DNA from: Zootoca vivipara
Taxonomy: Eukaryota
Length of the DNA: 64,000 nt
Assembly (NCBI RefSeq): GCF_963506605.1
Contig: NC_083288.1
Location: 32,736,001-32,800,000 of the forward strand
Reading direction: 5' to 3'
A program made the translations under genes and the position numbers. Numbering within the stretch: position 1 is the stretch's first letter; each line of letters begins with the position of its first letter. The notes under the pieces are model-generated. The model made no database searches and was not told the DNA's origin. It saw nothing but the letters and a program-made list of their open reading frames with translations. Positions 37,501 to 47,241 of this stretch are shown piece after piece.

Positions 37501-40500
37501 CTGTTCTCCCAGAACGGTATTTGTTTTGCCTTCATAGAAGTGCTCCCCTTTTCAATTTCTTTCACTGAATTTGATGATAAGTTAGAACATGGGTCAAAAA
37601 TACACGCTAAAGCCATGGGCAGCAAAGCCAATGTAATAGTGTTTTATGGGGAATCTAATGCTATGATGTATCTGAGATGGTTTCCATATCTGTCAAAAGA
37701 GGAACATGAAACAAATATATCGAGAGGTAAAGTGTGGATATTGACAGCCCAGATGGAGCTCACTTCATTGGCCTTTCAAAAGAATTGGGATACAGATATA
37801 ATCTTTGGTGCTCTCTCTTTCACAATTCACACCACTGACCTACCAGCGTTCAAGCCATTTGTTGAGCGCATCAATCCCTCCAGGACAAAAGGAGACAGTT
37901 TTATCAGAGACTTCTGGCAGCAGGCTTTTGGCTGTGTATTCTCAAATACTGTTTTGGAGAGGGTAGATGGATACATTTGTACTGGTGATGAGAAACTGCA
38001 GAACCTTCCTGGAACTTTTTTTGAAGTGAGCATGACTGGTCACAGTTACAACATCTACAACGCTGTCTATGCTGTGGCCCACGCTTTGCATGCCATGGCC
38101 TTGTCTAGAGTAAAGCACAGTGCAATAGTGGATGGAAGGGTTTTGAAGCTTCAGAATCTTCAGATGTGGCAGGTAGGGGCCTGAACATCATCATATAACT
38201 TTGCATGGTATCTTACGTAGGTCTTACAAAAGGCCCCCAAAGAGTGTAGAATCCTATCCCTCATATTGATCGCAAGATCATATTAAACCTATAGAAAAGT
38301 AAAAGTATAGGGTGTTTATAAACATGTGCAATTGATCAAGCACAAATACTTGTTTTTTTGTTTTTGTTTTGTTTTTTTGGAGCTGCAACTGGAATAGCAA
38401 CTTTGCTGCAGAGCTTGGTAATCCAAATGACATTTTGCAGCTAGGCTAGGAGTAAGTTTTCTGTAGCCCCTAGAAAAAGCTGTAAAATTTTATGGCATGA
38501 CATGACCTTCTCAGATAGTTGGTGTTGGCTGCTATGAAATTATTATAATTTATTATTTATTAAATTTGTATAGTTCTATACCTGTAGATCTCAGGGTTTT
38601 TCACAACATAAAATTACAATATAAAAAAACACACAAAATACACCCCCACACAAAACATTTAAAAGGGCATTGGGTGTCAATCAGCCAAAGGCCTGGTTGA
38701 AGAGGAATGTTTTTGCCTGTCACCTAAAGGTTCATAATGAAGGCACCAGCCAAACCTCCCTGGTGAGAGCATTCCACAAACAGGGAACCACTGCAGCAAA
38801 GCCCATTCTCATGTTGCCACCTTCTGGACCTCTTGTGGTGGAGGAACACAAAGAAGGGCCTCAGAAGGTAGGTTGATATGGAGAGAGGTGGTTGTTGAGG
38901 TATTGTGATCCTGAGCAATTTAAGGCACTTTGAATTGGACCTGGAAACTAATTGGCAGCCACTGCAGTCAAGCCAGGATTGGGGTGCTCAAACTGTCTTG
39001 CTCCACTGAGCAACCTGGCCACTGATTTCTGCACCAGCTGAAATTTCTGAACCATCTTGTGGTCTCTAAATTTACATCATGAGCAGCCTACATTCATGTA
39101 ATTTTGTGGATTCACATAGCGATTCCTCTGCCACATTCCATGGCAGCATTCTGATGCCACATTCAGACCTTCATTTGCAAAATCCACCTCTAGACTTCCT
39201 TAAATTATTGCCTTTTCCTTTGCAATCTAGCTCCATCAATTTTTGAGAAGTGTCTCATTTAACAACAGTGCTGGGAACAGGATTTCTTTTGACCATAATT
39301 TGGAATTATTAGCAGAATTTGATGTTATCAATTGGATAGTTTCCTCAAATCAAACCTTTCACAGAGTGAAAATTGGGACTGTGGATCCTGACAGTCCTTC
39401 AGACCGAGTGCTGACCATAAATGAAGATGCCATCACATGGCACAAGTGGTTTAACCAGGTAGGATCTGACTGTTGGCAGCTTTGGAAATCTCCCATTATT
39501 GAATAGTACTGCCTCTCTGTGTGGAAGTGCAAAGCAAATTTCTGTGAAAAATCGTTAGCTCTCTTTTAACAATTATGTTAGAAACTAGCCTTCTGTAAGG
39601 TAAAGGGACCCCTGACCATTAGGTCCAGTTGTGACCAACTCTGGGATTGCGGTGCTCATCTCGCATTATTGGCCAAGGGAGCTGGTGTACAGTTTCCAGG
39701 TCATGTGGCCAGCATGACAAAGCCGCTTCTGGTGAACGAGAGCAGCACACGGAAATGGCATTTACCTTTCCACTGTAGCGGTACCTATTTATCTACTTGC
39801 ACATTGACGTGCTTTCGAACTGCTAGGTTGGCAGGAGCTGGGACCGAGCAACGGGAGCTCACTCTGTCGCAGGGATCCGAACCACCAACCTTCTGATCGG
39901 CAAGCCCTAGGCTCTGTGGTTTAACCCATAGTGCCACCTGCCTTCTGTACTGTGTGATAAATTTAAGCAAATTGGGTATCACCCAATCAGTTTTCCAAAA
40001 TCTGTCAAATATCCGAGAAGTGANNNNNNNNNNNNNNNNNNNNNNNNNNNNNNNNNNNNNNNNNNNNNNNNNNNNNNNNNNNNNNNNNNNNNNNNNNNNN
40101 NNNNNNNNNNNNNNNNNNNNNNNNNNNNNNNNNNNNNNNNNNNNNNNNNNNNNNNNNNNNNNNNNNNNNNNNTAAATGAAAAAATAATATGATGCATTGC
40201 AGTATATTGAATATTATGTTAAAAGGAAGGTTCTTAATCCTATTTGTAAAATACATTGTGTTTTAATTAAATATAATTTGAATTCTGAAATACTGTTCGT
40301 TGACAGACTAGGGTAATTTATGCTTATGTTTACATTTATACCTTAATCAATGTTACTTGGGAAAATGAACAGCAACAAAAATAAACAAAAATGTGTTATA
40401 AATATAGGCATAATACTACAGTATATACAAGCTTTGAATTGCAGTTTGTAAGATCGAACCCATTCATACATGAATGAAATGCCTTCCTGCTATAGACAGT

Positions 40501-42371
40501 CTTGGGGGGGGGGGGACACTAAGTAGGGTTAATAATTTTAAACTATTTATTCTCATTAGGCACAGCCTGTTTCTGTCTGTACAGAGAGTTGCCATCCTGG
40601 TTTTAGGAAGAAAGGGAGGGAGTCGGAGGCATCTTGCTGCTATGATTGCATCCCTTGCCCAGAAGGAGAGATTTCCAACCAGAGAGGTATGAAATATATT
40701 ATTTAGGTTTATCAAAAGAATGGGTGCCATCCAGAGGAATATGCTTATAACTGTGAATGCTTCAAGGTTACTTTTTTGTTCTTTGATTGATAGATTTGTT
40801 AAATGGTTTGGTGAACTGGATCTAAGAAGGAGCTGCAGCTTAGGGAGAATTTGGTCCATGTGGTATCATTTGGACCTGGTTATTGTAAAGAAATTAATTC
40901 AATTAAAATTGCAATGCATTATTAGTAGTGCTGCTCTGCTGATATATCACCAAAGAAAGCACCATTCAAAATTTTTATTGTGGTGCACCTCAAAATCGGG
41001 ATTCTCAAATTAGTGGTGCTCCTTGGCTATAAGCTACAAATTTTGTCTGTTGTTTTTTTAAAGAAAAGCCCATTAATAGAGAAATTTGCAGCTATATTTT
41101 GCTTTAGCAGCTATCATTCGTGTTTTTGTGAATGGCACTGCAACATCCTTTACTTTGGTCTTTCTTTAAACAGTGCTTAGATGCTGCAGGAGATGAACAA
41201 AAGTTCCCCCTTTAATGATCATGGGTCTTCTGCTACATTTAGCACTGTAATCTCAGGCTGCTTAATACATCATTGTTTTTAGTACTAACAATGCTGCTTA
41301 ATATCTTTGAGGCTCTAATCTACATTTGAGAGTTCCAGCACTGAACATGAATATGAATTTGTACAAACAGTTTTGACAGTGTGAAGGAAACAGTTTTATC
41401 CATCGTGTTGAAATGTTATGGCATATTTGTAAAATAAAGATCTTGGCTTTTGTATTTTAGACATGAATGACTGCATTAAATGTGCTGATGAGAAGTATCC
41501 AAGCAAAAGTCAGGATTTATGTATTCCTAAGTCCGTAACCTATTTGTCATATGGGGGACTGCTAGGACTTGGCTTAACCTGTTTTGCTCTAGCCTTTTCT
41601 TTCACCACTGCTCTGGTGCTAGGAATATTTATAAAACACCATGACACTCCCATCGTCAAAGCCAACAACCAGAACCTCACCTATACTCTCCTAATCTCTC
41701 TCCTGCTCTGCTTCCTTTGTGCACTGCTATTCATTGGGAAACCGCAGAAGATGATGTGTCTCCTCCGACAAACTGCTTTTGGCGTCATCTTCTCTGTGGC
41801 TGTTTCTTGTGTGTTGGCCAAAACTACCACAGTGGTCCTGGCTTTCATAGCCACCAAACCTGGATCTAGGATGAGGAAATGGGTAGGGAAGAGGCTAGCT
41901 AACTCCATTGTGCTTTTCTGCTCTGTTATTCAAACTGGTATCTGTGCAGTATGGTTGGCAACCTCTCCCCCCTTCCCAGATGTGGACATGCACTCAGTGA
42001 CTAAAGAAGTTGTCTTGGAATGTAATGAAGGGTCTGTGACTATGTTTTACAGTGCCCTGAGCTACATGGGCTTCCTGGCAATTGCCAGCTTCACTGTGGC
42101 CTTTTTTGCCAGGAAGTTGCCTGACACTTTCAATGAAGCAAAGTTCATCACTTTCAGCATGTTGGTCTTTTGCAGTGTTTGGTTGTCCTTTGTTCCAACC
42201 TACTTAAGCACCAAGGGAAAATACATGGTTGCTGTGGAGATCTTCTCCATCTTAGCCTCCAGCATTGGATTGCTAGGTTGTATCTTTTTTCCAAAATGTT
42301 ACATTATTCTGTTGAGGTCTGAGCTGAACAACAAGGAACATCTAATGAAGAGGAAAGGCAGAATGATTTGA
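31548..42371 (+). CDS. Vmn2r: Vomeronasal type-2 receptor gene 3, intact, 878 aa; exons 31548-31765, 35613-35904, 37312-38172, 39231-39458, 40560-40686, 41461-42371
   Basis: Exons 218/292/861/228/127/911 nt = 2637 nt in frame; class C GPCR VFT, cysteine-rich and 7TM motifs (FFPKCY). Confidence 0.94.
32081..32398 (-). mobile_element. Sauria SINE (slightly truncated)
   Basis: AAAGGTAAAGGGACCCCTGACCATTAGG ... GCCCTAGGCTCTGTGGTTTA. Confidence 0.9.
34390..35505 (-). mobile_element. 5'-truncated L2 LINE, interrupted by a MITE
   Basis: ORF2 C-terminus [30 protein letters not shown]; L2 3' end at ~34410. Confidence 0.88.
34548..34799. mobile_element. Tigger-like MITE inserted in L2
   Basis: CAGTTGTACCTTGGTT / AACCAAGGTATGACTG; TA TSD. 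Confidence 0.85.
36568..36917. mobile_element. hAT (Tip100-like) non-autonomous element
   Basis: TIRs CATACCTGCCAAGT / ACTTGGCAGCTATG; perfect 8-bp TSD ATGTCAGG. Confidence 0.85.
38545..39056 (-). mobile_element. Degraded L2 LINE 3' fragment
   Basis: TTCCACAAACAGGG, CACTTTGAATTGGACCTGGAAACTAATTGGCAGCCA L2-like sequence. Confidence 0.65.
39597..39942 (-). mobile_element. Sauria SINE
   Basis: Full-length match to the other copies in the window. Confidence 0.92.
40024..40172. other. Assembly gap (149 N), gene 3 intron 4
   Basis: N run. Confidence 0.99.
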
Positions 42372-42974
42372 ATATAGAATTAAATATAGCACAGAAGCTG
42401 CTTTGTGCGCGCGCCTCTTATACATTGTGTCTACACTGCAAAATATTTCTAAGAGGTTTTTTCCAAAAATGTGACCTGGACAAATATTCACTCAAATTCC
42501 ATCAATTTCATCTAATATAAAAATTCCAATGGAAAAGAGATCCAAAAATCTTCCTAAATGGATACGATGTATCAAGTAAAGTACATTACATCAACATATA
42601 TTCACTTACATACTATGCCCACCAAACCTGGTGGTAGGTTGGAAATGCCAAAAAGGAAAAGCTAATCATACCAGGCAACAGCAGCCACATCACTCGTATA
42701 AGTGCTTGGGAAGAAAAAGGCTGTGATGAACACCAAATTATAATATAATATTTATATGATCTTACCAAAATACCAGATATTAGAAATGTATTTTTATACT
42801 GTAAACTACTCTGTGATAGTCTGATGAAGGATATAAATTTAATAAATATATAAAAGTAAGATTCACTCATTTCCTGTGTTTTCAAATTCAACTATTTTGC
42901 AAAATAATTTGCAAAATAAGTGTGTACAGGAGAATAAAAGCTATCCAAATGTTAAATTATTAGACCTTCAACAG

Positions 42975-43156
42975 TCAGGCAGTGATGTAGCCTGCCCATA
43001 TCCATGTTCACAATCTGAGGACAGGTGGGGAGGATTATAGCCATTCGCATCTGTAATCAATAAAGTTGTGGCCTATTTGAACCAAATTATAAATTGCTGT
43101 CTTTTCTGGACGTTCATCAGCTAGGGAGCGACAGGGTCACGGGGCCTTGGCATGCA
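42975..43156 (+). mobile_element. LTR-like terminal fragment related to the 60856-61697 insert
   Basis: CATCTG..AATAAAGTTGTGGCC.ATTTGAACC is shared with the reverse complement of 60935-60970; ends ...CATGCA. Confidence 0.45.
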
Positions 43157-43160
43157 ATTC

Positions 43161-43260
43161 TTAATACACTTTTGACATAAGGGATTTATTTCCATATATC
43201 TTGTACTGACGTAAGTACAAGATATATGGAAATAAACTCATTTTGTCAAAAGTGTATCAA
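43161..43260. repeat. 100-bp AT-rich inverted repeat (hairpin)
   Basis: ATACACTTTTGACA..TTTATTTCCATATATCTTGTACT / AGTACAAGATATATGGAAATAAA..TGTCAAAAGTGTAT. Confidence 0.85.
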
Positions 43261-43476
43261 TTGTCGAAGGATAGCTTCAGTGGTTTCCCTGCAATGGGAT
43301 GAAGTGTATGAAAAATAAAATAAAACAAGGATTCACCAGCTACAGCCATCCCTGCATCTGGAAAGTTTGACTTCAGTTGTTTGTGCTGTGGTGGCCTCCT
43401 GTCTCATCTACTGCAATGTGCTTATGTGGGACCATCTTCAAGGGAAGATGGTCCAGAGACCTCAACTATTATAGAA

Positions 43477-44170
43477 CTAGTGTTATTCAGCCCGTTCAGT
43501 AAACGGGCGCTAGAACATGTGAGAGGAGCGGCAGCCTTCTGAAGCCCGCTTCCTCCCGAGTAGACCTGCCTTCCCTCCCTCTCTGCGCTCGGCTGCTGCG
43601 TTTGCTGCGTCTGGGAGGAGAAGGGGATGCAGCCTTCTGAAGCCCGCTTCCTCCTGAGTAGACCTGCCTTCCCTCCCTCTCTGCGCTCGGCTGCTGCGTC
43701 TGGGAGGAGAAGGGGAGGCAGCCTTCTGAAGCCCGCTTCCTCCCGAGTAGACCTGCCTTCCCTCCCTCTCTGCGCTCGGCTGCTGCGTTTGCTGCGTCTG
43801 GGAGGAGAAGGGGATGCAGCCTTCTGCAGCCCGCTTCCTCCCGAGTAGACCTGCCTTCCCTCCCTCTCTGCGCTCGGCTGCTGCGTTTGCTGCGTCTGGG
43901 AGGAGAAGGGGATGCAGCCTTCTGAAGCCCGCTTCCTCCCGAGTAGACCTGCCTTCCCTCCCTCTCTGCGCTCGGCTGCTGCGTTTGCTGCGTCTGGGAG
44001 GAGAAGGGGATGCAGCCTTCTGAAGCCCGCTTCCTCCCGAGTAGACCTGCCTTCACTCCCTCTCTGCGCTCGGCTGCTGCGTCTGGGAGGAGAAGGGGAG
44101 GCAGCCTTCTGAAGCCCGCTTCCTCCTGAGTAGACCTGCCTTCCCTCCCTGTGTGTGTGTGTGTTTGTGC

Positions 44171-44224
<54 letters not shown>

Positions 44225-44451
44225 CGCACAGGTCTATCTCGCAGCCTCCTCCTCGCACTGCTGCTTAGAAGCGAGTGGTTGGCGGCCGCAGGTAGGTAAA
44301 CGGTAGGCAGAGGGGTTGGGGGGGAGAGCGCGCGCGTGTGCGCGGTCTAAGTCTCTGGTCCAATCCCTGTGTCCCTGGGGCACATGCACAGTAACCCAGG
44401 GACACACGGGACAACTTGGACGCAGGGACACTTGGACTTTATTATATAGGA
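43477..44451 (-). mobile_element. Non-autonomous Helitron
   Basis: Minus strand 5' A|TCCTATATAATAAA; 3' hairpin GCCCGTT-TACTG-AACGGGC then CTAG|T; AT target and no TSD. Confidence 0.9.
43531..44150. repeat. GC-rich minisatellite inside the Helitron, 98/89-bp units, ~6.5 copies
   Basis: Units start at 43531, 43629, 43718, 43816, 43914, 44012, 44101; followed by (TG)n and (GA)n. Confidence 0.95.
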
Positions 44452-44600
44452 TGTATCTGCTAGGCTGGTAAGTGGGAAGCCTGATGGGATAATGTGTCAC
44501 TGGTCCTGAAAGCAGTGCACTGGCAGCCAATGAGCTAGTTGGCTTAATTCATGGTGTTAGTACTAGCATATAAGGTCCTAAATGGCCTGGGATCTAAGTA

Positions 44601-44780
44601 CAGTGGTACCTCGGTTTATGAACACAATTGGTTCCGTTCATAAACTGAAGCGTTCATAAACTGAAGTGAACTTTCCCATTGAAAGTAATGGAAAATGAAT
44701 TAATCCGGTCCAGATGGGTCCGCGGCGTTCATAAACCGAAAATTCATAAACCGAGGTGTTCATAAACCGAGGTTCCACTG
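44601..44780. mobile_element. Tigger-like MITE
   Basis: CAGTGGTACCTCGGTTTATG / CATAAACCGAGGTTCCACTG; TA TSD. Confidence 0.88.
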
Positions 44781-45279
44781 TACTTAAAAGTGTGCCTTCC
44801 CCAGTATCAACCATTTTGCACTCTACAATCGGAAGGTGCAGTTTTGTTGATGGTGCTACCATTAGGGGCAGCTGCCTGGTTGGCATTGATGCATGATAGT
44901 CTTTTCAATGGGAGCACCCCATCTGTGGAATACCCTCCTTGGTGAAGGTATCCACTACTTCTCTCATTTTGAATTTCAGGAGGGGGGCGGGTTCTGTTTT
45001 ATCTTTCCAAATCACATTGATTCAGCCTGGCATTTGTGATTCCTGTGAATCCCACTTCATGCGTATATTATAAAGAATGGAGACAAGATGAAACCAACTG
45101 TTCAGACATGAGCAGAACCCGCCAGTGATACTTTCTGTAACAGACCCTGTGCCTGTGGCTAGGAGTAGAAACACAATATCCCTGACTCCTGCATTTCAGA
45201 GTCAATTCAGTTGGATGCCATGGTCTGTGGTATCAAAAGTTCTTGAGTGAATCGGGAAAATCAACAGGGTTATGCTTTC

Positions 45280-45369
45280 TAATGCTTTTTAATGTATTTT
45301 GGTATTTGATGGAAGCCGCCCAGAGTGGCAGGGAAAACCCAGCCAGATGGGTGGGGTATTATTATTATT

Positions 45370-45410
<41 letters not shown>

Positions 45411-45411
45411 C
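45280..45411 (+). mobile_element. L2-type 3' end with (AAC)n tail
   Basis: GCCGCCCAGAGTGGC..CCAGCCAGATGGGTGGGGTAT followed by an AAC microsatellite. Confidence 0.7.
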
Positions 45412-45534
45412 GGGAAATGTTTAAGCATGTAGGTGACCAGCCAATCCTCTCTACCAAAGCACTGTGTCCACATCCAGAGGCTTCATTATCTGAAAAAATG
45501 ACCCCACACAAAATGATCAGATGTTGCTCCAGAC

Positions 45535-45624
45535 CATAGCTGCCAAGTTATCCCTTTTTTAAAGGGATTTCCCCTTATGCTGAATAGGCTTCCTCGCGAG
45601 AAAAGGGAAAACTTGGCAGCTATG
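45535..45624. mobile_element. 90-bp hAT MITE
   Basis: TIR CATAGCTGCCAAGTT; 8-bp TSD CTCCAGAC. Confidence 0.88.
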
Positions 45625-45867
45625 CTCCAGACATCTACACAGGACTAGTATCAAGAGAGGTTCAGTATGAATATGAGCAGCTTTACCCACAATAGGTAAA
45701 CCCACAATGGGTAAACCCACAATGCCTTGCCAATTTGTCAGAGCAGGCTCCTGAGTTTTTGTTTTAATCACTGTAAAGATTCAGACACTCAAAGGAGAAA
45801 TATCAGTCCAGTTACTTTGTAGTGAGTGCAGCTTCCCACCCACCCCAAGGTCTCAGTGTTCTGCTGA

Positions 45868-46048
45868 TCTTCTTCTTCTTTCTTCTTCTTCTTTGGCGAT
45901 CACTCATAGCCGAGTGAGATTGTCTTCCATAAACACGATTTTAACAATGGGTCCGTAAGTGACTGTGGAGGCCAATTCTGGATCCACATGTCCTTCCACA
46001 GTGGGGACATTGGTTTCCAGGCAGGAGTTGATCACGGTGTGGATTTGT
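45868..46048 (-). mobile_element. 3' end of a LINE (probably RTE clade) with (GAA)n tail
   Basis: TCTTCTTCTTTGGCGATCACTC..GTGACTGTGGAGGCCAATTCTGGATCCAC. Confidence 0.55.
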
Positions 46049-46185
46049 TGGCCACCAGCATTACGCTTTCAATTTTAAAGTTCGGAATAGAGTAGTTGCT
46101 TTGGAAGACGATCATCAGATCGTTCTTCTGATAATGCTGGGAGCAATCATGTGTGCTGGTGGGAGGTCAGAGGGCAATTTGACCG

Positions 46186-46348
46186 TAAGGCTGCCATACG
46201 TTCAGATTTTCTTGGACATTACTGGGATGTCAATGGTGGAAGTGACGTTCGGGGGGATTTCCAGGAAGCGGAGGTTTGTCCTGGATCTTCAGCAAGCTCA
46301 ACAATTTTGGGGTGTCCTGGTTTTTCTTTTTGAAATATGGGAACCCTA
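46186..46348. mobile_element. Old hAT MITE (TAGGG.TGCCA type)
   Basis: TAAGGCTGCCATA / TATGGGAACCCTA termini; degenerate 8-bp TSD. Confidence 0.55.
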
Positions 46349-46511
46349 CCTGACCATGACTCTGAATAGTTGATACAAGGCCTGGTTACTGACCCCACTT
46401 TTTTCTTTTCCCTTTCCAGCCATCACCACCTTTTTGAAGCCAGTGGACACATTTGGAATTTTAAAAAAGTGCTGTGGGCACCAGTCACAAAAATGGCTGA
46501 CATGGTCATAG

Positions 46512-46601
46512 CATAGCTGCCAAGTTTTCCCTTTTATCGCGAGGAAGCCTATTCAGCATAAGGGGAAATCCCTTTAAAAAAGGGATAACTTGGCAGCTAT
46601 G
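46512..46601. mobile_element. 90-bp hAT MITE, inverted relative to 45535-45624
   Basis: Near-exact reverse complement of the first copy. Confidence 0.88.
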
Positions 46602-46884
46602 GACATGGTATATCACAAAATGGCTATATTGGGGACATCATATAATACAAAATGGCCATTGTGGGGAGGGAGAGAATAATGACTTCAATTTAGGAGAGGC
46701 TGAGCTAATGCCAACAGGAAACGTTGTGGTTGTTTTGAAAATAGTGTCCTTGTCTTTCTCATTTCAAACCTTTTTGCCCCTTCCTTTCCTAACTGAAAGA
46801 GAAAATCTGTGTCAACCCCCCCCCCAAAAAAAAAACAACTTTCCAGAGTATGAGACAAACAACTTTGTTCATTTGCACAGGGGC

Positions 46885-47080
46885 TTTCCTATTTTAACTC
46901 AACAATTACATTTAATTTAGCAATTGACTTCTCAATTAAAGGACAGTAATTAGTTCTGATATTCATCCAAACCTCTGTGGAATTTGCATGGCCATTACCA
47001 AAACAAAGAGCAAAGACTGTGAAGGATGTCATAAATATACCCAGTACAATTCAGAGCTGGGGAGGAGGACTGGGAACAGG
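46885..47080 (+). promoter_or_regulatory. Putative V2R gene 4 promoter
   Basis: GTAATTAG, CTCTGTGGAA, AGCAAAGA, and CATAAATA at 47030, 212 bp before ATG. Confidence 0.6.
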
Positions 47081-47241
47081 GGGGTGTTCACAGCTCTGAT
47101 CTTGGATATTCCAGGCTTCAGGCTTATCAGGAAAATGTAAAACATTCAAATCATGAAGTTTTAACCACAGAAGCTGCAGTTCTTGTGCTATAAAAGTGGG
47201 GGGACTTTATGTGCAGAGGAAAGATTTGTCTTGTATCGAGG

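Noticed and set aside
16804-40256. ORFs containing X runs
   Set aside because: Artefacts of the three N gaps.
43531-44150. Regular repeat array resembling CRISPR
   Set aside because: Contiguous tandem units with no unique spacers, no cas genes, vertebrate DNA.
43422-44258. 278-aa and 186-aa repetitive ORFs
   Set aside because: Translations of the Helitron minisatellite and (GA)n; open in several frames with no domain.
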